A DNA stretch of 64,000 nt. Origin: Mobula hypostoma. Taxonomy: Eukaryota. Below, piece by piece: positions 37,601-52,600 of the stretch; position 1 is the stretch's first letter; each line of letters starts with the position of its first letter. Where the stretch lies: NCBI RefSeq assembly GCF_963921235.1, contig NC_086108.1:17794001-17858000 (forward strand), read 5' to 3'. Under the pieces are notes generated by a model. That model had not been told where the DNA came from. It made no database searches and was given only the letters and a program-made list of their open reading frames with translations. The translations under genes were made by a program, and so were the position numbers.

Positions 37601-40600
37601 AATGGAAACACCTTAGGTTAACTTCCCACATGATTCTGAGATGTCTGAAAGTTGTTTCATGCCACTGCAGTGTAAGACAAAAAAGTTGTTTTCTCAGTGC
37701 ATACAATGCTTTGACAATACAAGTGGTATACATTTCAATTTTACACCAAAGTACTTAGAGCAAACCTAATGGAAACACCTTAGGTTAACTTCCCACATGA
37801 TTCTGAGATGTCTGAAAGTTGTTTCATGCCACTGCAGTGTAAGACAAAAAAGTTGTTTTCTCAGTGCATACAATGCTTTGACAATACAAATAGTATACAT
37901 TTCAATTTTACAGCAAAGTACTTACTGCAAACCTAATGGAAACACCTTAGGTTAACTTCCCACATGATTCTGAGATGTCTGAAAGTTGTTTCATGCCACT
38001 GCAGTGTAAGACAAAAAAGTTAGTTTCTCAGTGCATGCAAAGCTTTGACAATACAAATAGTATACATTTCAAGTTTACCCCAAAGTACTTACAGCAAACT
38101 TAATGGAAACACCTTAGGTTAACTTCCCACATGATTCTGAGATGTCTGAAAGTTGTTTCATGCCACTGCAGTGTAAGACAAAAAAGTTGTTTTCTCAGTG
38201 CATACAATGCTTTGACAATACAACTAGTATACATATCAATTTTACACCAAAGTACTTACAGCAAACCTAATGGAAACACCTTAGGTTAACTTCCCACATG
38301 ATTCTGAGATGTCTGAAAGTTGTTTCGTGCCACTGCAGTGTAAGACAAAAAAGTTGTTTTCTCAGTGCATACAAAGCTTTGACAATACAAATAGTATACA
38401 TTTCAATTTTACCCCAAAGTACTTACAGCAAACCTAATGGAAACACCTTAGGTTAACTTCCCACATGATTCTGAGATGTCTGAAAGTTGTTTCATGCCAG
38501 TGCAGTGTAAGACAAAAAAGTTGTTTTCTCAGTGCATACAATGCTTTGACAATACAAATAGTATACATTTCAATTTTACACCAAAGTACTTACTGCAAAC
38601 CTAATGGAAACACCTTAGGTTAACTTCCCACATGATTCTGAGATGTCTGAAAGTTGTTTCATGCCTGTGCAGTGTAAGACAAAAAAGTTGTTTTCTCAGT
38701 GCATACAATGCTTTGACAATACAAATAGTATACATTTCAATTTTACACCAAAGTACTTACAGCAAACCTAATGGAAACACCTTAGGTTAACTTCCCACAT
38801 GATTCTGAGATGTCTGAAAGTTGTTTCATGCCTCTGCAGTGTAAGACAAAAAAGTTGTTTTCTCAGTGCATACAAAGCTTTGACAATACAAATAGTATAC
38901 ATTTCAATTTTACACCAAAGTACTTAGAGCAAACCTAATGGAAACACCTTAGGTTAACTTCCCACATGATTCTGAGATGTCTGAAAGCTGTTTCGTGCCA
39001 ATGCAGTGTGAGACAAAAAAGTTGTTTTCTCAGTGCATGCAAAGCTTTGACAATACAAATAGTATACATTTCAAGTTTACCCCAAAGTACTTACAGCAAA
39101 CTTAATGGAAACACCTTAGGTTAACTTCCCACATGATTCTGAGATGTCTGAAAGTTGTTTCATGCCACTGCAGTGTAAGACAAAAAAGTTGTTTTCTCAG
39201 TGCATACAAAGCTTTGACAATACAAGTGGTATACATTTCAATTTTACACCAAAGTACTTACAGCAAACCTAATGGAAACACCTTAGGTTAACTTCCCACA
39301 TGATTCTGAGATGTCTGAAAGTTGTTTCATGCCACTGCAGTGTAAGACAAAAAAGTTGTTTTCTCAGTGCATACAATGCTTTGACAAAACAAATAGTATA
39401 CATTTCAATTTTACAGCAAAGTACTTACTGCAAACCTAATGGAAACACCTTAGGTTAACTTCCCACATGATTCTGAGATGTCTGAAAGTTGTTTCATGCC
39501 ACTGCAGTGTAAGACAAAAAAGTTGTTTTCTCAGTGCATGCAAAGCTTTGACAATACAAATAGTATACATTTCAATTTTACCCCAAAGTACTTACAGCAA
39601 ACCTAATGGAAACACCTTAGGTTAACTTCCCACATGATTCTGAGATGTCTGAAAGTTGTTTCATGCCACTGCAGTGTAAGACAAAAAAGTTGTTTTCTCA
39701 GTGCATACAATGCTTTGACAATACAAATAGAAAACATTTCAATTTTACACCAAAGTACTTACAGCAAACCTAATGGAAACACCTTAGGTTAACTTCCCAC
39801 ATGATTCTGAGATGTCTGAAAGTTGTTTCATGCCACTGCAGTGTAAGACAAAAAAGTTGTTTTCTCAGTGCATACAAAGCTTTGACAATACAAGTGGTAT
39901 ACATTTCAATTTTACACCAAAGTACTTACAGCAAACCTAATGGAAACACCTTAGGTTAACTTCCCACATGATTCTGAGATGTCTGAAAGTTGTTTCATGC
40001 CACTGCAGTGTAAGACAAAAAAGTTGTTTTCTCAGTGCATACAATGCTTTGACAAAACAAATAGTATACATTTCAATTTTACAGCAAAGTACTTACTGCA
40101 AACCTAATGGAAACACCTTAGGTTAACTTCCCACATGATTCTGAGATGTCTGAAAGTTGTTTCATGCCACTGCAGTGTAAGACAAAAAAGTTGTTTTCTC
40201 AGTGCATGCAAAGCTTTGACAATACAAGTAGTATACATTTCAATTTTACACCAAAGTACTTACAGCAAACCTAATGGAAACACCTTAGGTTAACTTCCCA
40301 CATGATTCTGAGATGTCTGAAAGTTGTTTCATGCCACTGCAGTGTAAGACAAAAAAGTTGTTTTCTCAGTGCATACAAAGCTTTGACAATACAAATAGTA
40401 TACATTTCAATTTTACACCAAAGTACTTACAGCAAACCTAATGGAAACACCTTAGGTTAACTTCCCACATGATTCTGAGATGTCTGAAAGTTGTTTCATG
40501 CCACTGCAGTGTAAGACAAAAAAAGTTGTTTTCTCAGTGCATGCAAAGCTTTGACAATACAAATAGTATACATTTCAAGTTTACCCCAAAGTACTTACAG

Positions 40601-43600
40601 CAAACCTAATGGAAACACCTTAGGTTAACTTCCCACATGATTCTGAGATGTCTGAAAGTTGTTTCATGCCACTGCAGTGTAAGACAAAAAAGTTGTTTTC
40701 TCAGTGCATACAATGCTTTGACAATACAAATAGTATACATTTCAATTTTACACCAAAGTACTTACAGCAAACTTAATGGAAACATCTTAGGTTAACTTCC
40801 CACATGATTCTGAGATGTCTGAAAGTTGTTTCATGCCACTGCAGTGTAAGACAAAAAAGTTGTTTTCTCAGTGCATACAAAGCTTTGACAATACAAATAG
40901 TATACATTTCAATTTTACCCCAAAGTACTTACAGCAAACCTAATGGAAACACCTTAGGTTAACTTCCCACATGATTCTGAGATGTCTGAAAGTTGTTTCA
41001 TGCCACTGCAGTGTAAGACAAAAAAGTTGTTTTCTCAGTGCATACAAAGCTTTGACAATACAAGTGGTATACATTTCAATTTTACACCAAAGTACTTACA
41101 GCAAACCTAATGGAAACACCTTAGGTTAACTTCCCACATGATTCTGAGATGTCTGAAAGTTGTTTCATGCCACTGCAGTGTAAGACAAAAAAGTTGTTTT
41201 CTCAGTGCATACAATGCTTTGACAATACGTATAGTATACATTTCAATTTTACAGCCAAAGTACTTACAGCAAACCTAATGGAAACACCTTAGGTTAACTT
41301 CCCACATGATTCTGAGATGTCTGAAAGTTGTTTCATGCCACTGCAGTGTAAGACAAAAAAGTTGTTTTCTCAGTGCATGCAAAGCTTTGACAATACAAGT
41401 AGTATACATTTCAATTTTACACCAAAGTACTTACAGCAAACCTAATGGAAACACCTTAGGTTAACTTCCCACATGATTCTGAGATGTCTGAAAGTTGTTT
41501 CATGCCACTGCAGTGTAAGACAAAAAAGTTGTTTTCTCAGTGCATACAATGCTTTGACAATGCAAATAGTATACATTTCAATTTTACACCAAAGTACTTA
41601 CAGCAAACCTAATGGAAACACCTTAGGTTAACTTCCCACATGATTCTGAGATGTCTGAAAGTTGTTTCATGCCTCTGCAGTGTAAGACAAAAAAGTTGTT
41701 TTCTCAGTGCATACAAAGCTTTGACAATACAAGTGGTATACATTTCAATTTTACACCAAAGTACTTACAGCAAACCTAATGGAAACACCTTAGGTTAACT
41801 TCCCACATGATTCTGAGATGTCTGAAAGTTGTTTCATGCCACTGCAGTGTAAGACAAAAAAGTTGTTTTCTCAGTGCATACAAAGCTTTGACAATACAAA
41901 TAGTATACATTTCAATTTTACACCAAAGTACTTACAGCAAACTTAATGGAAACACCTTAGGTTAACTTCCCACATGATTCTGAGATGTCTGAAAGTTGTT
42001 TCATGCCACTGCAGTGTAAGACAAAAAAGTTGTTTTCTCAGTGCATGCAAAGCTTTGACAATACAAATAGTATACATTTCAATTTTACCCCAAAGTATTT
42101 ACAGCAAACTTAATGGAAACACCTTAGGTTAACTTCCCACATGATTCTGAGATGTCTGAAAGTTGTTTCATGCCACTGCAGTGTAAGACAAAAAAGTTGT
42201 TTTCTCAGTGCATACAAAGCTTTGACAATACAAATAGTATACATTTCAGTTTTACCCAAAGTACTTTCAGCAAACCTAATGGAAACACCTTAGGTTAACT
42301 TCTCACATGATTCTGAGATGTCTGAAAGTTGTTTCATGCCACTGCAGTGTAAGACAAAAAAGTTGTTTTCTCAGTGCATACAAAGCTTTGACAATACAAA
42401 TAGTATACATTTCAATTTTACACCAAAGTACTTACAGCAAACCTAATGGAAACACCTTAGGTTAACTTCCCACATGATTCTGAGATGTCTGAAAGTTGTT
42501 TCATGCCTTGCAGTGTAAGACAAAAAAGTTGTTTTCTCAGTGCATACAAAGCTTTGACAATACAAATAGTATACATTTCAATTTTACCCCAAAGTACTTA
42601 CAGCAAACCTAATGGAAACACCTTAGGTTAACTTCCCACATGATTCTGAGATGTCTGAAAGTTGTTTCATGCCACTGCAGTGTAAGACAAAAAAGTTGTT
42701 TTCTCAGTGCATACAAAGCTTTGACAATACAAGTGGTATACATTTCAATTTTACACCAAAGTACTTAGAGCAAACCTATTGGAAACACCTCAGGTTAACT
42801 TCCCACATGATTCTGAGATGTCTGAAAGTTGTTTCATGCCACTGCAGTGTAAGACAAAAAAGTTGTTTTCTCAGTGCATACAAAGCTTTGACAATACAAA
42901 TAGTATACATTTCAATTTTACCCAAAGTACTTACAGCAAACCTAATGGAAACACCTTAGGTTAACTTCCCACATGATTCTGAGATGTCTGAAAGTTGTTT
43001 CATGCCACTGCAGTGTAAGACAAAAAAGTTGTTTTCTCAGTGCATACAAAGCTTTGACAATACAAATAGTATACATTTCAATTTTACACCAAAGTACTTA
43101 CAGCAAACCTAATGGAAACACCTTAGGTTAACTTCCCACATGATTCTGAGATGTCTGAAAGTTGTTTCATGCCACTGCAGTGTAAGACAAAAAAGTTGTT
43201 TTCTCAGTGCATACAAAGCTTTGACAATACAAATAGTATACATTTCAATTTTACCCCAAAGTACTTACAGCAAACCTAATGGAAACACCTTAGGTTAACT
43301 TCCCACATGATTCTGAGATGTCTGAAAGTTGCTTCATGCCACTGTAGTGTAAGACAAAAAAGTTGTTTTCTCAGTGCATACAAAGCTTTGACAATACAAC
43401 TAGTATACATTTCAATTTTACACCAAAGTACTTACAGCAAACCTAATGGAAACACCTTAGGTTAACTTCCCACATGATTCTGAGATGTCTGAAAGTTGTT
43501 TCATGCCACTGCAGTGTAAGACAAAAAAGTTGTTTTCTCAGTGCATACAAAGCTTTGACAATACAAATAGTATACATTTCAATTTTACACCAAAGTACTT

Positions 43601-46600
43601 ACAGCAAACCTAATGGAAACACCTTAGGTTAACTTCCCACATGATTCTGAGATGTCTGAAAGTTGTTTCATGCCACTGCAGTGTAAGACAAAAAAGTTGT
43701 TTTCTCAGTGCATACAAAGCTTTGACAATACAAATAGTATACATTTCAATTTTACACCAAAGTACTTACAGCAAACCTAATGGAAACACCTTAGGTTAAC
43801 TTCCCACATGATTCTGAGATGTCTGAAAGTTGTTTCATGCCACTGCAGTGTAAGACAAAAAAGTTGTTTTCTCAGTGCATACAAAGCTTTGACAATACAA
43901 ATAGTATACATTTCAATTTTACAGCAAAGTACTTACAGCAAACCTAATGGAAACACCTTAGGTTAACTTCCCACATGATTCTGAGATGTCTGAAAGTTGT
44001 TTCATGCCACTGCAGTGTAAGACAAAAAAGTTGTTTTCTCAGTGCATACAAAGCTTTGACAATACAAGTGGTATACATTTCAATTTTACACCAAAGTACT
44101 TAGAGCAAACCTAATGGAAACACCTCAGGTTAACTTCCCACATGATTCTGAGATGTCTGAAAGTTGTTTCATGCCACTGCAGTGTAAGACAAAAAAGTTG
44201 TTTTCTCAGTGCATACAAAGCTTTGACAATACAAGTGGTATACATTTCAATTTTACACCAAAGTACTTACAGCAAACCTAATGGAAACACCTTAGGTTAA
44301 CTTCCCACATGATTCTGAGATGTCTGAAAAGTTGTTTCATGCCACTGCAGTGTAAGACAAAAAAGTTGTTTTCTCAGTGCATACAAAGCTTTGACAATAC
44401 AAATAGTATACATTTCAATTTTACACCAAAGTACTTACAGCAAACCTAATGGAAACACCTTAGGTTAACTTCCCACATGATTCTGAGATGTCTGAAAGTT
44501 GTTTCATGCCTCTGCAGTGTAAAGACAAAAAAGTTAGTTTCTCAGTGCATGCAAAGCTTTGACAATACAAATAGTATACATTTCAAGTTTACCCCAAAGT
44601 ACTTACAGCAAACTTAATGGAAACACCTTAGGTTAACTTCCCACATGATTCTGAGATGTCTGAAAGTTGTTTCATGCCACTGCAGTGTAAGACAAAAAAG
44701 TTGTTTTCTCAGTGCATACAAAGCTTTGACAATACAAATAGTATACATTTCAATTTTACACCAAAGTACTTACAGCAAACCTAATGGAAACACCTTAGGT
44801 TAACTTCCCACATGATTCTGAGATGTCTGAAAGTTGTTTCATGCCACTGCAGTGTAAGATAAAACAGTTGTTTTCTCAGTGCATACAATGCTTTGACAAT
44901 ACAAGTGGTATACATTTCAATTTTACACCAAAGTACTTATAGCAAACCTATTGGAAACACCTTAGGTTAACTTCCCACATGATTCTGAGATGTCTGAAAG
45001 TTGTTTCATGCCACTGCAGTGTAAGACAAAAAAGTTGTTTTCTCAGTGCATACAAAGCTTTGACAATACAAATAGTATACATTTCAATTTTACACCAAAG
45101 TACTTACAGCAAACCTAATGGAAACACCTTAGGTTAACTTCCCACATGATTCTGAGATGTCTGAAAGTTGTTTCATGCCACTGCAGTGTAAGACAAAAAA
45201 GTTGTTTTCTCAGTGCATACAAAGCTTTGACAATACAAATAGTATACATTTCAATTTTACACCAAAGTACTTACAGCAAACCTAATGGAAACACCTTAGG
45301 TTAACTTCCCACATGATTCTGAGATGTCTGAAAGTTGTTTCATGCCACTGCAGTGTAAGACAAAAAAAAGTTGTTTTCTCAGTGCATACAATGCTTTGAC
45401 AAGACAAATAGTATACATTTCAATTTTACACCAAAGTACTTAGAGCAAACCTAATGGAAACACCTTAGGTTAACTTCCCACATGATTCTGAGATGTCTGA
45501 AAGTTGTTTCATGCCACTGCAGTGTAAGACAAAAAAGTTGTTTTCTCAGTGCATGCAAAGCTTTGACAATACAAATAGTATACATTTCAAGTTTACCCCA
45601 AAGTACTTACAGCAAACTTAATGGAAACACCTTAGGTTAACTTCCCACATGATTCTGAGATGTCTGAAAGTTGTTTCATGCCACTGCAGTGTAAGATAAA
45701 AAAGTTGTTTTCTCAGTGCATACAATGCTTTGACAATACAAGTGGTATACATTTCAATTTTACACCAAAGTACTTACAGCAAACTTAATGGAAACACCTT
45801 AGGTTAACTTCCCACATGATTCTGAGATGTCTGAAAGTTGTTTCATGCCACTGCAGTGTAAGACAAAAAAGTTGTTTTCACAGTGCATAAAATGCTTTAA
45901 CAAGACAAATAGTATACATTTCAATTTTATAGCAATGTACTTACTGCAAACCTAATGGAAACACCTTAGGTTAACTTCCCACATGATTCTGAGATGTCTG
46001 AAAGTTGTTTCATGCCACTGCAGTGTAAGACAAAAAAAGTTGTTTTCTCAGTGCATGCAAAGCTTTGACAATACAAATAGTATACATTTCAATTTTACCC
46101 CAAAGTACTTACAGCAAACTTAATGGAAACACCTTAGGTTAACTTCCCACATGATTCTGAGATGTCTGAAAGTTGTTTCATGCCACTGCAGTGTAAGATA
46201 AAACAGTTGTTTTCTCAGTGCATACAATGCTTTGACAATACAAATAGTATACATTTCAATTTTACACCAAAGTACTTACAGCAAACTTAATGGAAACACC
46301 TTAGGTTAACTTCCCACATGATTCTGAGATGTCTGAAAGTTGTTTCATGCCACTGCAGTGTAAGATAAAAAAGTTGTTTTCTCAGTGCATACAATGCTTT
46401 GACAATACAAGTGGTATACATTTCAATTTTACACCAAAGTACTTACAGCAAACTTAATGGAAACACCTTAGGTTAACTTCCCACATGATTCTGAGATGTC
46501 TGAAAGTTGTTTCATGCCACTGCAGTGTAAGACAAAAAAGTTGTTTTCTCAGTGCATACAATGCTTTGACAATACAAATAGTATACATTTCAATTTTATA

Positions 46601-49600
46601 GCAAAGTACTTACTGCAAACCTAATGGAAACACCTTAGGTTAACTTCCCACATGATTCTGAGATGTCTGAAAGTTGTTTCATGCCACTGCAGTGTAAGAC
46701 AAAAAAGTTGTTTTCTCAGTGCATGCAAAGCTTTGACAATACAAATAGTATACATTTCAATTTTACCCCAAAGTACTTACAGCAAACCTAATGGAAACAC
46801 CTTAGGTTAACTTCCCACATGATTCTGAGATGTCTGAAAGTTGTTTCATGCCACTGCAGTGTAAGACAAAAAAGTTGTTTTCTCAGTGCATACAATTGTT
46901 TAACAATACAAATAGTATACATTTCAATTTTACACCAAAGTACTTACAGCAAACCTAATGGAAACACCTTAGGTTAACTTCCCACATGATTCTGAGATGT
47001 CTGAAAGTTGTTTCATGCCACTGCAGTGTAAGACAAAAAAGTTGTTTTCTCAGTGCATACAAAGCTTTGACAATACAATAGTATACATTTCAATTTTACA
47101 CCAAAGTACTTACAGCAAACCTAATGGAAACACCTTAGGTTAACTTCCCACATGATTCTGAGATGTCTGAAAGTTGTTTCATGCCACTGCAGTGTAAGAC
47201 AAAAAAGTTGTTTTCTCAGTGCATACAAAGCTTTGACAATACAAATAGTATACATTTCAATTTTACACCAAAGTACTTACTGCAAACCTAATGGAAACAC
47301 CTTAGGTTAACTTCCCACATGATTCTGAGATGTCTGAAAGTTGTTTCATGCCACTGCAGTGTAAGACAAAAAAGTTGTTTTCTCAGTGCATAGAAAGCTT
47401 TGACAATACAAATAGTATACATTTCAATTTTACAGCGAAGTACCTACAGCAAACCTAACGGAATCACCTGAGGTTAACTTCCCACATGATTCTGAGAGGT
47501 CTGAAAGTTGTTTCATGCCACTGCAGTGTAAGACAAAAAAGTTGTTTTCTCAGTGCATACAAAGCTTTGACAATACAAATAGTATACATTTCAATTTTAC
47601 ACCAAAGTACTTACTGCAAACCTAATGGAAACACCTTAGGTTAACTTCCCACATGATTCTGAGATGTCTGAAAGTTGTTTCATGCCACTGCAGTGTAAGA
47701 CAAAAAAGTTGTTTTCTCAGTGCATAGAAAGCTTTGACAATACAAATAGTATACATTTCAATTTTACACCAAAGTACTTACTGCAAACCTAATGGAAACA
47801 CCTTAGGTTAACTTCCCACATGATTCTGAGATGTCTGAAAGTTGTTTCATGCCACTGCAGTGTAAGACAAAAAAGTTGTTTTCTCAGTGCATACAAAGCT
47901 TTGACAATACAAATAGTATACATTTCAATTTTACACCAAAGTACTTACAGCAAACCTAATGGAAACACCTTAGGTTAACTTCCCACATGATTCTGAGATG
48001 TCTGAAAGTTGTTTCATGCCACTGCAGTGTAAGACAAAAAAGTTGTTTTCTCAGTGCATACAAAGCTTTGACAATACAAATAGTATACATTTCAATTTTA
48101 CACCAAAGTACTTACAGCAAACCTAATGGAAACACCTTAGGTTAACTTCCCACATGATTCTGAGATGTCTGAAAGTTGTTTCATGCCACTGCAGTGTAAG
48201 ACAAAAAAGTTGTTTTCTCAGTGCATACAAAGCTTTGACAATACAAATAGTATACATTTCAATTTTACACCAAAGTACTTACAGCAAACCTAATGGAAAC
48301 ACCTTAGGTTAACTTCCCACATGATTCTGAGATGTCTGAAAGTTGTTTCATGCCACTGCAGTGTAAGACAAAAAAGTTGTTTTCTCAGTGCATACAAAGC
48401 TTTGACAATACAAATAGTATACATTTCAATTTTACCCAAAGTACTTACAGCAAACCTAATGGAAACACCTTAGGTTAACTTCCCACATGATTCTGAGATG
48501 TCTGAAAGTTGTTTCATGCCATTGCAGTGTAAGACAAAAAAGTTGTTTTCTCAGTGCATTGAAAGCTTTGACAATACAAGTAGCATACATTTCAATTTTA
48601 CACCAAAGTACTTACAGCAAACCTAATGGAAACACCTTAGGTTAACTTCCCACATGATTCTGAGATGTCTGAAAGTTGTTTCATGCCACTGCAGTGTAAG
48701 ACAAAAAAGTTGTTTTCTCAGTGCATACAAAGCTTTGACAATACAAGTGGTATACATTTCAATTTTACACCAAAGTACTTACAGCAAACCTAATGGAAAC
48801 ACCTTAGGTTAACTTCCCACATGATTCTGAGATGTCTGAAAGTTGTTTCATGCCACTGCAGTGTAAGACAAAAAAGTTGTTTTCTCAGTGCATACAAAGC
48901 TTTGACAATACAAATAGTATACATTTCAATTTTACCCCAAAGTACTTACAGCAAACCTAATGGAAACACCTTAGGTTAACTTCCCACATGATTCTGAGAT
49001 GTCTGAAAGTTGTTTCATGCCACTGCAGTGTAAGACAAAAAAGTTGTTTTCTCAGTGCATACAATGCTTTGACAATACAAATAGTATACATTTCAATTTT
49101 ACAGCAAAGTACTTACTGCAAACCTAATGGAAACACCTTAGGTTAACTTCCCACATGATTCTGAGATGTCTGAAAGTTGTTTCATGCCTCTGCAGTGTAA
49201 GACAAAAAAGTTGTTTTCTCAGTGCATGCAAAGCTTTGACAATACAAATAGTATACATTTCAATTTTACCCCAAAGTACTTACAGCAAACTTAATGGAAA
49301 CACCTTAGGTTAACTTCCCACATGATTCTGAGATGTCTGAAAGTTGTTTCATGCCACTGCAGTGTAAGACAAAAAAGTTGTTTTCTCAGTGCATACAATG
49401 CTTTGACAATACAACTAGTATACATTTCAATTTTACACCAAAGTACTTACAGCAAACCTAATGGAAACACCTTAGGTTAACTTCCCACATGATTCTGAGA
49501 TGTCTGAAAGTTGTTTCATGCCACTGCAGTGTAAGACAAAAAAGTTGTTTTCTCAGTGCATACAAAGCTTTGACAATACAAGTGGTATACATTTCAATTT

Positions 49601-52600
49601 TACACCAAAGTACTTAGAGCAAACCTAATGGAAACACCTTAGGTTAACTTCCCACATGATTCTGAGATGTCTGAAAGTTGTTTCATGCCACTGCAGTGTA
49701 AGACAAAAAAGTTGTTTTCTCAGTGCATACAATGCTTTGACAATACAAATAGTATACATTTCAATTTTACACCAAAGTACTTACTGCAAACCTAATGGAA
49801 ACACCTTAGGTTAACTTCCCACATGATTCTGAGATGTCTGAAAGTTGTTTCATGCCACTGCAGTGTAAGACAAAAAAGTTGTTTTCTCAGTGCATACAAA
49901 GCTTTGACAATACAAGTAGTATACATTTCAATTTTACACCAAAGTACTTACAGCAAACCTAATGGAAACACCTTAGGTTAACTTCCCACATGATTCTGAG
50001 ATGTCTGAAAGTTGTTTCATGCCACTGCAGTGTAAGACAAAAAAGTTGTTTTCTCAGTGCATACAATGCTTTGACAATACAACTAGTATACATTTCAATT
50101 TTACACCAAAGTACTTACAGCAAACCTAATGGAAACACCTTAGGTTAACTTCCCACATGATTCTGAGATGTCTGAAAGTTGTTTCATGCCACTGCAGTGT
50201 AAGACAAAAAAGTTGTTTTCTCAGTGCATACAAAGCTTTGACAATACAAATAGTATACATTTCAATTTTACCCCAAAGTACTTACAGCAAACCTAATGGA
50301 AACACCTTAGGTTAACTTCCCACATGATTCTGAGATGTCTGAAAGTTGTTTCATGCCACTGCAGTGTAAGACAAAAAAGTTGTTTTCTCAGTGCATACAA
50401 TGCTTTGACAATACAACTAGTATACATTTCAATTTTACACCAAAGTACTTACAGCAAACCTAATGGAAACACCTTAGGTTAACTTCCCACATGATTCTGA
50501 GATGTCTGAAAGTTGTTTCATGCCACTGCAGTGTAAGACAAAAAAGTTGTTTTCTCAGTGCATACAAAGCTTTGACAATACAAGTGGTATACATTTCAAT
50601 TTTACACCAAAGTACTTAGAGCAAACCTAATGGAAACACCTCAGGTTAACTTCCCACATGATTCTGAGATGTCTGAAAGTTGTTTCATGCCACTGCAGTG
50701 TAAGACAAAAAAGTTGTTTTCTCAGTGCATACAAAGCTTTGACAATACAAATAGTATACATTTCAATTTTACACCAAAGTACTTACAGCAAACCTAATGG
50801 AAACACCTTAGGTTAACTTCCCACATGATTCTGAGATGTCTGAAAGTTGTTTCATGCCATTGTAGTGTAAGACAAAAAAGTTGTTTTCTCAGTGCCTTGA
50901 AAGCTTTGACAATACAAGTAGCATACATTTCAATTTTACACCAAAGTACTTACAGCAAACCTAATGGAAACACCTTAGGTTAACTTCCCACATGATTCTG
51001 AGATGTCTGAAAGTTGTTTCATGCCACTGCAGTGTAAGACAAAAAAGTTGTTTTCTCAGTGCATACAAAGCTTTGACAATACAAATAGTATACATTTCAA
51101 TTTTACACCAAAGTACTTACAGCAAACCTAATGGAAACACCTTAGGTTAACTTCCCACATGATTCTGAGATGTCTGAAAGTTGTTTCATGCCATTGTAGT
51201 GTAAGACAAAAAAGTTGTTTTCTCAGTGCCTTGAAAGCTTTGACAATACAAGTAGCATACATTTCAATTTTACACCAAAGTACTTACAGCAAACCTAATG
51301 GAAACACCTTAGGTTAACTTCCCACATGATTCTGAGATGTCTGAAAGTTGTTTCATGCCACTGCAGTGTAAGACAAAAAAGTTGTTTTCTCAGTGCATAC
51401 AATGCTTTGACAATACAAATAGTATACATTTCAATTTTACACCAAAGTACTTACAGCAAACCTAATGGAAACACCTTAGGTTAACTTCCCACATGATTCT
51501 GAGATGTCTGAAAGTTGTTTCATGCCACTGCAGTGTAAGACAAAAAAGTTGTTTTCTCAGTGCATACAAAGCTTTGACAATACAAATAGTATACATTTCA
51601 ATTTTACACCAAAGTACTTACAGCAAACCTAATGGAAACACCTTAGGTTAACTTCCCACATGATTCTGAGATGTCTGAAAGTTGTTTCATGCCACTGCAG
51701 TGTAAGACAAAAAAGTTGTTTTCTCAGTGCATACAATGCTTTGACAATACAAATAGTATACATTTCAATTTTACACCAAAGTACTTACAGCAAACCTAAT
51801 GGAAACACCTTAGGTTAACTTCCCACATGATTCTGAGATGTCTGAAAGTTGTTTCATGCCACTGCAGTGTAAGACAAAAAAGTTGTTTTCTCAGTGCATA
51901 CAAAGCTTTGACAATACAAATAGTATACATTTCAATTTTACACCAAAGTACTTACAGCAAACCTAATGGAAACACCTTAGGTTAACTTCCCACATGATTC
52001 TGAGATGTCTGAAAGTTGTTTCATGCCACTGCAGTGTAAGACAAAAAAGTTGTTTTCTCAGTGCATACAAAGCTTTGACAATACAAATAGTATACATTTC
52101 AATTTTACACCAAAGTACTTACTGCAAACCTAATGGAAACACCTTAGGTTAACTTCCCACATGATTCTGAGATGTCTGAAAGTTGTTTCATGCCACTGCA
52201 GTGTAAGACAAAAAAGTTGTTTTCTCAGTGCATACAATGCTTTGACAATACAAATAGTATACATTTCAATTTTACACCAAAGTACTTACTGCAAACCTAA
52301 TGGAAACACCTTAGGTTAACTTCCCACATGATTCTGAGATGTCTGAAAGTTGTTTCATGCCACTGCAGTGAAAGACAAAAAAGGATGTTTTCTCAGTGCA
52401 TACAAACCTTTGACAATACAAATAGTATACATTTCAATTTGACGCCAAAGTACTTACACTAAACCTAATGGAAACACCTTAGATAAACTTCCCACATGAT
52501 TCTGAGATGTCTGAAAGTTGTTTCATGCCACTGCAGTGTAAGACAAAAAAGTTGTTTTCTCAGTGCATACAATGCTTTGACAATACAAATAGTATACATT

